Below are positions 25,638-39,003 of a DNA stretch of 64,000 nucleotides, in pieces. How positions within the stretch are numbered: the stretch's first letter is position 1; each line of letters starts with the position of its first letter. Source of the stretch: Phoronis australis (taxonomy: Eukaryota; Animalia; Phoronida); contig NMRA01000219.1 of assembly GCA_002633005.1 (NCBI GenBank), positions 605,593 through 669,592 of the forward strand, read 5' to 3'. The translations under genes were made by a program, and so were the position numbers. The notes under the pieces were generated by a model. It was given only the letters and a program-made list of their open reading frames with translations, did no database searches and was not told the origin of the DNA.

Positions 25638-27886
25638 TTAAGGCTTATATTGATAAAAAACAAGTTTCATAATGAATCAAAGACCTTGAGATTTTTACAC
25701 CGCACAACTTAATCATCTTTTTCCTGGCTTTGGCAAATTGACTTAACGTAAGAACACAAGTTCGGTGGATTTCGCCAAAATTCTCCAAACTTGGCTTTGT
25801 TTATAATTAAGTCAATAGAGCATGATGCACAAAAAATGTCCCTTTTAATATGTCTCCTATTAATTATCAAGGGGTCACTGACCACAATCATTCATTCAGA
25901 CCTTCATTTGACCTTCATGCAATCAACCTAACAGACATCATACTACCACTGAGATGACCATTTGAATTATTATTTCAGATGTTCAGGTGTATCACAATCA
26001 TAGACTACAGATACTTAACCAATTCAATAATAAAGAAGACACAGAAATTTCTCGAAGTGTGAGGCTGACTACATAACCATCTAAAAGGTGCTCCTTTGAA
26101 ACAAAACAATGCTATCACATACGATGGACATAGTTTTTTGAGAACACAGAACATTTTGTTACTGAGATCACGATTCCCATGGCGGTTTAGATTTTGAGCA
26201 TTCAGCAATTAACTAGTGCGCTTAATTGTTAATGACGCACTGAGTAGACCTTCATTTCTGCCTGTACTTCCCCAGGGTTTGGCAAACAAAGCATCAGTAG
26301 TCATTAACAAGCTACTAATTGGTGCTGTAATTGAATGACCATAAAGACCACACAGGCAGACCACAATGGAGCAATCTTTACACCTGGAGTAATGTCTCTT
26401 ACACAATATAGGCTAGAATCAGCTTCNAAAATCAGCGAACATGGCGAGTGAATGTTGAAATACCTAACATAGTTAAGGCTTGTATAGGTTATGTGTCCGA
26501 AAACAACTTTTCACCAAATAATTAACCGAATACTTTGAGATTTTCACTCGTCCCAGTTTAATTGGCTTTTTCTCAGCTTCTGCAAATCGACTTTATTTGA
26601 ATTTAGGAACAATAGTTCTCAAGAACGGTTGGGTGAAACTTTATAAACTTAATATTTAGTCATTAATCTCAAAAACGTCGTTAGGATTTTTGATATAAAG
26701 GCCTAGTTTTTCGCGTAATGTGACAAAGACGAATAGAACAAAAATACCTTATGTTTTGCGAGTTGATTTGTCATAGAAACCAAACAAACAGACTAATAGA
26801 AAATTCCTAACAGCATTTTTGAGGTAACTGGTGAAGTTCTCATTTAAAAGGGTTTCATTAAAATCGACCAAGAGGTTATTTTGCTCTGAATGTACCTTTC
26901 TTAAAAATGAAATTTTGACTTAAAGGCTTTTACGTAAAAATAACAATTGAACATCAATACAGAAAGTATATATATTTCCTGGTCTTTGTTCTTTCAGAAA
27001 ATATATACTTTTACTAGTTGACAAAGCTTAGTTTTTTGATATACGAGTTAGAATGGGGGCCACTAAATAAGGTTTGAGATAACCTTAAGGCACGCATAGG
27101 TTATATTGAAAAAAAAAACAAGTTTCATAATGAATCAAAGACCTTGAGATTTTTACAGCTCACAACTTAATCGTCTTTTTCCTGGCTTTGGCAAATTGAC
27201 TTAACGTAAGAACACAAGTTCGGTGGATTTCGCCAAAACCCTCCAAACTTGGCTTTGTTTATAATTAAGTCAATAGAGCATGATGCACAACAAATGTCCC
27301 TTTTAATATGCCTCCTATTAATTATCAAGGGGTCACTGACCACAATCATTCATTCAGACCTTCATTTGACCTTCACGCAATCAACGTAACAGACATCATA
27401 CTACCACTGAGATGACCATTTGAATTATTATTTCAGATGTTCAGGTGTATCACAATCATAGACTACAGATACTAAACCAATTCAATAATAAAGAAGACAC
27501 AAAAATTTCTCGAAGTGTGAGACTGACTACATAACCATCTAAAAGGTGCTCCACTGAAACAAAACAATGCTATCACATAAGATGGACATAGTTTTTTTGA
27601 GAACACAGAACATTTTGTTATTGAGATCACGATTCCCATGGCGGTTTAGATTTTGAGCATTCAGCAATTAACTAGTGCGCTTAATTGTTAATGACTGCAC
27701 TGAGTAGACCTTCATTTCTGTCTGCACTTCCCCAGGGTTTGGCAAACAAAGCATCAGTAGTCATTATCAAGCTACTAATTGGTGCTGTAATTGAATGACC
27801 ATAAAGACCACACAGGCAGATCACAATGGAGCAATCTTTACACCTGGAGTAATGTCTCTTACACAATATAGGCTAGAATCAGCTTC
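24982..27886. repeat. ~1.45-kb tandem duplication (24982-26426 vs 26428-27886), second copy bounded by N on both sides
   Basis: Near-identical copies with scattered SNPs and small indels; N at 26427 and 27887. Confidence 0.95.
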
Positions 27887-28393
27887 NGTTCAGTGCCACT
27901 GTCTAGCTTAAAACACCTGGACAATAAGACACAAAATTTCTGTCAATACTGCAACTGTTTTCTCTGATCAGTTGACATGGATTTCAACACCATCTCCTCT
28001 AACCATTTTCAGTGTCTTCAGTCATGAGAATCATCTACCACTGAGGTTCCTATACTTGTCACAAACAGCTCATTTTCACAGATGAAATGAATTTACTACC
28101 CCTCCCTGTTTCCCAGCTTAACTGATGTATTGGAGAGCATAATAACAACAATGCCCACAAGGTGGCGCACAATACGATAACACTAAAATACTCTTAAAGG
28201 TAACATGGGACAGTTGGACCATTTAAAATGTCCAAATTAGACAAACTTTGGAGCACAACATCTAAGAAATGACTGATTGGATTCATATGAAACTTTCAGA
28301 TATTAAGCTTTATACACTGTTCTTCAAAACGCTGTTAGGAATTGTTCTTATAATGATCCACTTTTGTACAGCAGGCAATAAAAATAGGACTTA

Positions 28394-29905
28394 CCATATT
28401 CGCCGTAATAAGTGCCCAGGGCGCTTAGAAAAGTCTGTTTCAGGGGGGGCGCTTATTATAATTATTATAACCCAAGGCCGTTGAAACCCGGTCTCCGAAA
28501 CGGGTGAAATCGGAAGCTAAGATTCATCATATTTATGCTGTGTGACGTATCTGTAATCTATGAAAGACTTTCTACAAAACCGTGGTGCATTGCTATCAAA
28601 CTTTGCTGCTAAATTATGATCATTTTACAGAAAATTGTGCTGAAAATCCCTGGGTGAAAACTCGCCAACTGACTGCCTCGCAATCGTCGATATGGCGACT
28701 TGAATGCTTGAATAAAAATACTTTTTCGACTTGAGCAAATTACCTGAAATTCTCCTTAAGTTTTCTAAGTAGCATCCCTAAGATTTTTAAGTTCCCATGG
28801 AGTCGGGATCACGGCAGGTTTAAGTACAAATCTGTGCTACATCATGCCATCTACATCGGCAACATGAGAAAAATGTCTGGACGAACACACGTTGTTGTCA
28901 CGTGACGTTTGTTTTGAAGTTGTCTGCGTTTGTGAGTAAGCGAGTGTGTGCGTGTAACCAGAATTCATTTGCCAGAGCAGAGACCGTATTTTGGCCAGAG
29001 CCACACAATCTAACGAGCTAGATGTGCATTGTATCTAAAGAAATTTGCACAAGCAGTAGGCCTAAACCAGAGCGTGTTTCATTCAGCACTTGCTGGTCTC
29101 ACGTGCTAAAAACGTTCGACATTTGGCTCTGTAAGGCCCATATTAGTCGCTGTGTGGCTGGATGCGTACGTAACTATCTGACAGTAATTTTTCGATGTAA
29201 GGGTGTGTAAGCGTTCAATGTCAGTGGTCGTTTTATCGGATATTTGGCTTAAAAACACCAATTATGGTTAATCAAACAATTCATCTTAAAAATAACGCAA
29301 ACATTTTTTATAATATTAGAAACTGTCGGAAATTAGTGCCCATATTCATTTCTTGCCGATGCTATGCTACCCGTTTCATGAATGGATAGTTCCTGACTAA
29401 TGTCTTCGACGACGGGTTTATGTATGTAGCGCACGCTTCCTAGCCACGTGCTTTTAACACTAGCCAAGCTTTTTATTAGTCTTCGATTCGCGGTTTTCAC
29501 GTGTACAAAGAAATTTGGATTCCTGTTGAAAGCGGGAAATATCTACAAAGCAATCCTGTAGACAACTACAGTATTTCTGTTCTGAAAGGTCAGACCATTG
29601 GTCCTCGCAAGATCAGCAGAACATTTGTGTTCATTTTGAGGCATGGCGGAAGTTTGAAGTGTATAGTCACGGCGAAATACCGACATAGCGGCAAGGCTCG
29701 TGGTCTACAAATTCTGCGCAAAATGATTTTTTTCAAGATTGTCTGATATTATTGATAAATTGAAGACGTTACTGTAGAATTTTAGGACTGTAGATAAGGC
29801 ATTTTCTGCACGTACACATTCATGGACTGGGCGCTAATTTTAGCAAAGTCTGAAAACGTGTGGGGGTGCTTACAGGGGTATGGGCGGTTATTACGGCGAA
29901 TATGG
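28394..29905. mobile_element. Tc1/mariner(pogo)-type non-autonomous element, TA TSD
   Basis: TA|ccatattcgccgtaataa ... ttattacggcgaatatgg|TA: perfect 18-bp TIR plus related ggg(c/t)gctta subterminal motifs. Confidence 0.85.
29480..29746 (+). pseudogene. HIRAN-like domain ORF remnant inside the mariner-type element
   Basis: SSIRGFHVYKEIWIP...NPVDNYSISVLKGQTIG-PRKISRTFVFILRHGGSLKCIVTAKYRHS..RGLQI fits the invertebrate HIRAN-like pattern as I recall it (RG.HVY..W.P, N..D..AV.V, GH.PR.IS, L..GG...C.VTG, GLEIP); small deletions and an upstream stop. Confidence 0.65.
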
Positions 29906-32243
29906 TACTGAAAAAATCAAAACTTGGATATGGAATCCAAAACAAAATGATCCTTTAATAGCATTTCTAATGATAATGAAATAGCATTTTTGAGACTTCA
30001 TCTTGAACATTTATATCAAAAAAAATTGGTTTTGTTATTGATAAGTTTGTTTTGATACCTATGAACCCCTTTTTTGCTAAATTTTATTTGAACGACACAT
30101 TCATTTGACACAATGGGAGATTGGCATATATGTGATTATCATATTCTTTTGGCTTTTTATTTTCAAAAAAATATGTACTTTATCTCAGTTAAATTCTATA
30201 GCTTTTACAGATATTTGGCCAAGTACACAGACTCGGTAGATAAAGTAAAATTGTGGGTATTCACAACAATGTTAGAATCTTGAAAAATGAAAAACAATCA
30301 ATTTTGTCAAAAATTGGTGAGTTTTACAGATGACATTGTGAATTGTGAGTCTGAACGTTGTCAAATGGTTACTCACGAAAATTAATCATTTAAAATGACG
30401 ACAGTCATAAGTCATTTTCCAGGGCATTCAAACACTTATCACCAATAAATCATCTACCGATATCGGTTAACGGCATATTTGCACACAGTTGCAAAAAGGA
30501 ATTAAAAAGTAATGCATTTGGAATTGTCTCCTACCTTGTGTTTGTAGGTGGAAAACCAGACACAGTGAACAGTACGTTTATCATGACTCTCGAAAGAAAA
30601 GAACTTCGAGTACTACGGACACAGGAACCCTTTTAGACAAGTTTCTGAACACTATGAATGTCACCAAGAAATTGCATGCTCAAACAATATCAATTGGCGC
30701 AAGTAACAGAAAAAAAATCATCAGTTTGGGATACAAAATGGTAGACAATTGGCAAATATTTCAACAAAAATAATTTTGAAGAAAGTTTTCCCTCTAGTAA
30801 GTGCTCGTTTGAACAGTGCATCCGTTACTGCAAGTTGGGGAAGTTTGAGCGTTTAAGTAAAGGAACAATGGTGAACCTTTGAAAATTGGGAAAATAGGAT
30901 TTTTAAAATTATTTTTGTCCCAAATTCAAGATTTTTTTACCATAGCCCGAACAGTAATTGGTTTCGTAGCATATACATCAACCTCTTCTCCACCCTACAT
31001 CCAAGGACAATTACAAATGGCTCTTTGCAATTTCAGTCACTGACCTGCACATACTTGTGAGGCTTTTAACACACCCTGAACAAGGGGTGACAGAAATCAA
31101 CTCATTTATTAGTAATTGAGCCAGCAAGCAATAGGTTAATGGATGGACACATTACTGCAGTCATGGGTACTAGAATCAAGGTCATTATTATCTACCTATT
31201 AAAGAGTATTGCACCATAAGCTGAAAATGTTTTTCCTGCCTACAGCATGAAATGTACAAGAAAAATGGGATATTTACTTAGAACGCAATGCATGGTGGAC
31301 AAGTGAGATTTTATTTTGTCAAATTTCTCAACAAACGCAGCGTGGTTTTACAGTGGTGTAGATAGTACAGGGGAGTACTTGCCACAAAACTGGCAACACC
31401 TGCTAGATTTGTAGCAAAGTAGTCAGACAATTCTGACAACTTTTTTGTACAAAATACCACAAGTTTCCCACTGAATAGGTTTGAAAGTCGCACAATATAA
31501 GCAGTATTGTGCAAGTACAGAACTACGGTGTGCAGGCAGTATCGCTATGCTATAGCTCTTAAGCAATGCTCAACGTTCATGCGTAAGATTAGAGAATCGA
31601 TGAACAAAGTTAAACAGCATGGAAGATAGTGCACACACAACAAATGAACCACCACTAGGTCCACACACAACAACACCATTACCTAGTAAAAGGCCAAAAC
31701 AACTCATTAAAGTCAATCTCATGGAGGACTTGATTGATGAACATAGACGTTTTTCTCAAATAAAAGTGTTTCAACACATAACACTCCAGAGCAGTGAAAC
31801 CAAACAGCAATTTTGGAGAAACAGTAGTACTGTACTCATTCCAATTAATACCCCTGCTCAGTTTACAATCCATCCCCAAAGTTTACAAACTTTCACTTCC
31901 TAAACAACCTTGCTGGTTTTTTCCACCGTATCGCAATTAAAACAACCGAAACTTCCTTGCAAGCATGCATGTTTTTATGAACACCCCAACTCATCGGAAT
32001 TTTAACCCCCCAAAAAGTTCATAATTCACTTAAGTAACGCTCAATCAGTTTCAGCAGATCATTGTTTTATTTGGAAGGGAAATACCACTGACCTACAACA
32101 AGGAGAGTTCACTGGAAGATACCAGCACTCCTTCTCTTTAACTGAAGGGACATGGTATGATTCATTTGGCTCTAATATTATCATACTGGTGTACAAAACC
32201 AAGTAAAAGCTTACATATGAGCAGGGTATAAACAGCTCATTAC

Positions 32244-32281
32244 CTGCATAAGGTTGGAAGCAGAAAATCGATACTTGACAC
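32244..32281 (-). CDS. Small membrane protein gene, 38-nt micro-exon 4
   Basis: gtttttAG acceptor, GVKYRFSASNLMQ, CAG|GTAATG donor; phase 1-0. Confidence 0.6.
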
Positions 32282-34789
32282 CTAAAAACCTAAGTTACAC
32301 AACTGAACCATGGCAAAATCTCATCAATTTAGTTGACAATACGGCTGACAAGCGAAATTTAATTTTTCAATTTTTCATGAAAGACCAGTAGCGCCAGACA
32401 AATGATCATCATTTTCAAAGAGGTGTACAACAGCTATCACCACATAACGATTCTTAGAACTTTGAGCGATTCATGATAATGATAGACTTAGAAGGCTTTG
32501 AAAAATGAAAAAATAAAAATTTTGACATTTGTTTTTTTTCAAAATTGGTGACATTTCACAGTACTATGCAAGATGATTCCATTCCACACACTAAGCGCCC
32601 CTTACTACAGTGTCTACAATCCGCTAATGTTTCATTCGACTTTCACGTGACATCCTACCCCCTACGTCACTGGAGCTCCGTTGGCGTTAACCCACTCCAC
32701 CGTCCTGTAAGTGCCCAAACTTGATTTCACAAAATTTCTTTTAAAATTTTCATGCTCGGCTTCACACGCACTCCCTGACTTCTGAGTTGAATTCAAGCAA
32801 CCTGGGTGGTAACTCAGACAAGTACGGTACAATTAGTATTTCAATTAAACAGTACCGGTTGGTAACCAAGTGTGATGTTATTTCAGATCTACAACAGTAG
32901 GTTTCAACATTATTGATGTAGTAAAAGCATTTTTACCCATATTTCAAATTAGTGTACTCTATTGAGAATACTATCCACTATCCCATGAGAAACTTTCCAT
33001 TGTATCATCCAACTTGATAGGGAATCAGCTGGCAACGTAATCTCCAGACCTCCACACTTCTGCTATCCTTTGGCGCCATGATGATAAAATTATGATACAA
33101 GAAAACAACATTTAACAAACAATAAGCAGACTGCCTATAATTATTTATAGTCCTTGCTAAACTACTATTATAATTCATTTATTTACAAATGAATGAACAT
33201 GGCAAACGATAAATTTGGTAAATTGGATTTGTTAAACGATGAAGAAATAGTCATATTACATGCATTTTTGGAAAAAAGTTGTACCATGTCAAATACAACA
33301 TACGGTGCAACTTCTCAGCAGGCAAATGTTGCTAGTCTGAAAGGGCTTTATAATGCCAACACTATTAGTACGAAGTGAAGATTCAGACGCTCTCGCATCT
33401 GAAGGCAGGGCACTGATCCAACCTCTAGAAAAATTCACATGTGAATGCTCATCAGATGTCTCATCTGCCTTATATTACAGCCGACAGATCTGCCTTCTTA
33501 CTATGAGAGGGCTATGATGTATCTTGTGATTTGGGATGTTTGCATCTGTGGTGGCCGCACATGACTGGCCAGAATACTGGCATTTTTGTACATTAACTAT
33601 ATGCTAATTATTCCCTCAGACAGCAGATAAACTGCCTTTGTGGACGGCCATTTTGAACAGCTGATCTGCCACTTGATCAGTTTCTGTCTAGCTTCTCACA
33701 GAAATTCCCCATGAGAACCTGGTGGTATCTGCTAGTATAACTTAATGAAGATCAAAGTTGCTCAAAGGCTAGATAAGAGCTGGCAGCCACTGTGAAAGCA
33801 GCAGGTGGTTGACAAAGCAGACTGTTGCTGCAAAGAGCATAAGGGTACTCAGGCATGTCTTATTGAGCTAATGCCAACATATAACCTAGGCACTCAAGTC
33901 AACAGAGAAACAAGTGGTCACCACCTGCATGTTTGAATAGAAGTCCATTATTTTAATCAACACACCATTCTGTTATCCTCATTTGTTGAATTTTAGCCCA
34001 ATTCAACCAGCTATGAGATTAAAGCCTGGCAGTAAATGATGCCCGTAGAAGACGAAATTGCCACACCAGATACAAGAATCAAACATATGGCCAGCTTAGA
34101 GAGCTTATACGCTATTTTCAGCATTACATGACCTGCAGGTAGTTCGGATCATTCGACATGTAACTCTCTAACATTGTGAGACCATGAAAGTCTTTCGCTG
34201 GACTTACTTTTTAGTTCTAGTCAGTTGATAAACGACGAAATACAATCTCATTTACAGGCATTTTAGACATTGTACATTGTCGCGTGAATCGTTCGATTAT
34301 CTCACTGCAAAACAGTAGCAATGATGGTTGCAAAGAATTTATAAAGAAAACAGTGCAAGACCTCACTAAATTAAATTCCCAAACAAGATTAATAAGCACT
34401 GGCAACCAATGACCGTAGGCATATTTCAGCATATCTCAACTATATCGGAAAATGGTTATTAAAACAAATTATAATGAAAAGTACACATTTTATGACAAGA
34501 CGACAACCGGGCATTAGTTATCTTTTTAAAAAATCCAAAAATATTTCCTTTGTCCACCATGCTTACTCCAGCCCTGTGATGGCAAGATTTTACCATAGTG
34601 TTGTTTTACTATATGTTGTATGTGTCTTTAACAAAGGGCTGCTACAGAACAAGATTTTAATGACTATCTTAATGGCTATTGAAAGCACCATTTTTACTAA
34701 CTTCTCCAGAAAATTTACAAGGAAGCTGCAATGGCTATTTTGATCATTCTTCAGCATGTCGGAACACTTCGTTCTCTGCTAAACAATAG

Positions 34790-35945
34790 CAGCCGATTTC
34801 ATAAAGGTCGTTTAACAAAACCAGGTTTAAGACTTAAACTTGGTCTTCCTAAACCTGGTCCAATTTTAGACCTAACTTAAAAGTCTGAAAGCCTGGTTTT
34901 GTTAGACCAGGGAGCTAGTTCAGTAAAAACCAGGTTTAAGGTATCTAAGCCACCCTGCTGTGTGGATCTGTATTAACCTAACAAAGAAAGTATTGAGGTG
35001 CTTCAATAAAACCTTGATCACGTGGGTATACAATGGCAAACACTAGTAGAATCAGTGCAGGCATTTGCCAAAAGGGCCTGAAAGCTTTTCCGCTCATGTG
35101 GAAAAATGTAATGTCTGTTCCCACCACACCTACACACATCAAAGTACATGCTTACGATTAGCCCCAACATCATAAACGTCCAAATTTATTTCCGTGTTAT
35201 TTTAGTGTTTGTTTTTCGAGGCCAAAGGGGGTCAAGACCCCTTCCCGGCAACATTAAATCGGAGACCAATGGAGGTGGAACTCAGAAGAATCAGAAGATG
35301 CTGTCTTCAGTCAAACCCGTAGCGCTTACGACGATGACGACCTGCTCGACCAGTCGTATTCTGAGGAATCCGCAGGACACCATCCAGCATGCACTGGTCT
35401 ACACATAGGCTGATCCAAGGGGGTCAAGGGGTCTGGACTCCCCTTTTCCTTTGATTTTAGAGATATCAAATCTATAAATTTTCAAATTGTTGACTTGGAC
35501 CCTCCTTTAAAAAAGTCCTTGGACCCACCCCCACCCCTTAAAAATCGTGGATCCGCCCCTGCTATGTTTGATCTTGTGTCGTCGTAAAACTGAATATTGA
35601 AAATAGTCCATTTTCGCTCTAAAACTACGTCGTAATTGCACACCGCGGCATCATTCAGTTGCACTTATATCATGCAAGTCTGTCATATTTAACAGTTAAA
35701 TCTGGGTGTGACCAAGTCTAAAGTTAAATCTGGTTTAAGATCTTAATACAAGTCTAAAGAATACAGACCTAGTTGGTGAAATGAAAACTGACTTAGACCA
35801 GGTCTAAACTGGAGTTAAACCAAGTTTTACTAGACCACTGGTCTAAAAGTTAAGCCACCTTTATGAAATGCAGATTATCTTTAAACCCGGTCTAAGTCCA
35901 GTTTAAACCAGGTTTAACTTTAAACCACCTTTATGAAATCGGCTG
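34790..35945. mobile_element. Harbinger-like non-autonomous element (1.16 kb)
   Basis: TIRs cagccgatttcataaaggt(c/g)gtttaa at both ends; flanks TAG/TAA; subterminal aaaccaggtttaa/tagacc repeats. Confidence 0.85.
35404..35561. mobile_element. Short MITE nested in the Harbinger-like element
   Basis: Ends cataggctgatcc / ggatccgcccctg, of the common CAGGGGCGGATCC-type terminus; G/C-run interior. Confidence 0.6.
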
Positions 35946-37603
35946 TAAGTGAACTATTAGCCATCCTGGGGTTAGCCTCCACAGGTGGTCTATGATTTCA
36001 CTGACATTTTAAAGATTAAAATCCACCATTCTTTGCAGATCACAAAATTACTGCTTAAGTTTGTACTTAAATCTGTTATGTTGGTATGATGACCATGATC
36101 ACAGTGTCCATTAGAATGTCCCCATAAATGTAGTTATCAAGGACATTATACTAACAGATCACACCACACTAATACCCTGTTTCCACTATAGCAGTTACAG
36201 TGTTAAAACCGACTTAAAGGTTATAACTCCTGGTGCGAACACTTCAAATCCAGTTTTAAGAGTTGTAGTAGTAGTGCGGTTATAAACCTCTGTGAGTGTG
36301 GTTTAACAGGAGGTTATAACAATTGTGGCTCAGTCTTAACACGGCCGTTGAAAAAGTTATAAATCTGTAGGTGTATTCAAATCTCTTTTGGAAAGAATGG
36401 CGCACTGAGGAAATACGTGGGGTGAATCAGAAAGCGATAACACTGACGACTAGCGATTAAAAGAGACCTAAAGGGCCTAGCAAAAGGCCCGCATCTTGAT
36501 TCTGCATTCACATTTATTGAACAAACACAAATTACTGTTTTGGACTGTTTGCTAAATAGAAGTGACTGCAAAAGTACAAGCCTTTTGCTAGGCAATTCAC
36601 GTCACATTCTGTTGTTTCAAGGCTAGCAAGTACACACCAGGGGAATGGTAATGAACTGGGAAAATGTGTCTCCAAGATCACCAGGGATATGTATTTTTAC
36701 TTAACGCATCAGCAACAATGGTTGTGCCCTACTTTAAATACACAATAATGGCATAACCAAGATTTAATAAATTAGAACTTAAAAGGCTGCATACTAGTTA
36801 ATGCCACTATTAATGTCATGTCAGTCTGAGTAATTTGACGATTACGTTAAGAAAGACGATGACATTTGCACAATAATTTCAACCAGTCAGCGTTTCGTAA
36901 TCTTATACACGCAATCGATTTACGAAGTATAGCCTTGTTTATTTTGAAATGATTTTGTATTTTTTTAAAGCCACTAGCCACAGAGACATCAAAGACATTA
37001 TTTACCAAGGATCACTTTGGATTTTGAAAAGGAGGTCAATACAAAATCAGAAAGTTGTAACAGGAGCCTTCGTAATTTATCCTGAGGGTACTTGATTATA
37101 TTTTTGACAGGATGCCGCAGCAAAATTAAGGACATGTCTCATTTAGATAGCAGGCTTAAATGGACCCATTTGTAAGGAAGCTTCCGTGAATTCGTCGTCC
37201 TTGTGGGTGCATGAAAATGGCCACCAGGGAGGGCAAAATTTGTCCAAAAATGTGAAGGTGTCATTGGCTCTTCATAGAAACCCATCAGATAAATTTCAAA
37301 AAAGTTGTTAGGGAATTCAGTAGATACAGAGAATACCACAAACATCTGAACTGCCAATAAGAGGCACTGTAGCCCAATCCATCCTTAGATTTGAGTGTGA
37401 CATTCCAACCATAATATTTACATGTTTAAAATCTACAAAACAGTAGGCAAATGACCAGATGCCTTTTGCAGTGCACCTAGGCAGTGAGGCCTCAAGGCAG
37501 GGCCCATTGCACTAATCACTCAATTGTGACTCATAGGGACCCGTAACTTGGGGTTTCTCACAGGTAAAGTCTTCCCTCAGGCAGTTGAAAAGGCTGCTAA
37601 ACT

Positions 37604-38053
37604 CAAGGTACCTAAACTACACGGTTAACCGACTCATAAACACGGTCACGGATGCATGAACACGACTCACGTACCTGCAAACACCGTTCACTGACTCACA
37701 AACATGGGAACGGACTCACAAAACACGATCCATTCACCCAAATACACGGGACACGGACTCACATTCACGAAGAAAGACGGTTAACGGACTGCCAAACACG
37801 GGTCACGGACTCATCGGCTACTTGGGCCAGCTGACAACTACATTTTGTCCGTAAACCGAGTTTGGCGGTCCGTAAACCGTCTTTCTTGGTGAATGTGAGT
37901 CCGTGTCCCGTGAATTTGGGTGAATGGATCGTGTTTTGTGAGTTCGTTCCAATGTTTGTGAGTCAGTGAACGGTGCTTGCAGGTACGTGAGTCGTGTTCA
38001 TGCATCTGTGACCGTGTTTATGAGTCCGTTAACAGTGTAGTTTAAATACCTTG
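37604..38053. mobile_element. Fold-back MITE: 207-bp inverted arms, 36-bp spacer, 6-bp TSD
   Basis: Arms 37604-37810 and 37847-38053, about 15 mismatches and no indels by eye; termini CAAGG..CCTTG; TAAACT directly on both flanks. Confidence 0.9.
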
Positions 38054-38661
38054 TAAACTAGAATGATCTTGTGATTTCCTCCGGACAGGTTATCAGTTCA
38101 TCAAGCACAGTAATTCATGACCTATTTACCACACAATATGGCCAACAAATCACATTCTATTTTGCCAAATTTCTCATCTAAATAAATATTAAGAAAACGC
38201 CAGTCTGTTATTAGCTTGGTATGTCCCTTGTAGATGTCATAAAACAGCATTTGGAGAAGTTTCTGTTACTAGCAGGAAGGTACTCAGCCTTAGGAAATTG
38301 GGAATTATTTTTGTGCGGAATAAGCTAGGGGAACACGTATTTTACCCAACTGTGAATGACAATCAGTGTATTGAGTGTATTAATTATGCAGTGTTTTGCT
38401 TTTGCACTGCACATGAAGTAGCAGGCACAACACTCTGGGAGTTAAAGGGGATAGCAGAATTTTTTGAGGTTACCTTAGAAACACATTATTTTTCTATGTC
38501 AGTTACTGTTGCCCTGTGTTGACTATCTCTGCAACAATAAGAAGTGATGCAAATGACAGGAGAAAAAGACCCGCATCTTGGTTCTGCTCTTATTACCACA
38601 AACACAAGGCCCAACTCGCTATTTTTAGCATTCTGCATTGGTTATTTGTGGTTACTCACTC

Positions 38662-38741
38662 GATGTGAATGATGAGCCAAGATGTGAATGATGAGCCAAG
38701 ATGTGAATGATGAGCCAAGATGTGAATGATGAGCCAAGATG
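38662..38741. repeat. Minisatellite, 4 x 19 bp
   Basis: gatgtgaatgatgagccaa at 38662, 38681, 38700 and 38719. Confidence 0.95.
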
Positions 38742-39003
38742 CCGGCCTTTTGCTGATCCACTTACGTCGTGTTCAATCGTTGCATGGACAGTAAAAACCT
38801 GTTAGGGGAACAGTTACTAATGTGGAAAAACATCTTTCAAAGAAAACTAGGATCTGTATTTTCAGTTCAGGTCATATCAAAAATGGCTGTATTTCTCTTT
38901 TAACTCAAACCAGTCGATGGCTCAACGCCCAAATATTTCTTTCATGTTCAGTTTAACACATATTCGTTGAATTTTGAGCCTTTCAGTTTAAATGCCCTGT
39001 GTG

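Noticed and set aside
24982-27886. Duplicated ORFs (MIVVSDPLII.., MCKRHYSRCK..) as a tandem gene pair
   Set aside because: They lie in repeat-derived sequence, and the second copy is bounded by N on both sides, typical of an alternate haplotype bubble; no protein motifs.
28198-29954. Kolobok-like host element around the mariner-type insertion (TTAA-agg ... cct-TTAA)
   Set aside because: TIR match beyond 3 bp is poor; cannot be supported without other copies.
30535-30630. Possible minus-strand exon GSCVRSTRSS..PPTNT
   Set aside because: Weak acceptor, and its phase-2 end is incompatible with the phase-0 downstream exons.
31640-31720. PFT..VVCGPSGG on the minus strand, resembling a Polinton packaging ATPase P-loop
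   Set aside because: Needs a frameshift and lacks GKT and any downstream motifs.
38662-38741. Short direct repeats as a CRISPR array
   Set aside because: Units are contiguous with no spacers; eukaryotic minisatellite. The same applies to 4576-4747.
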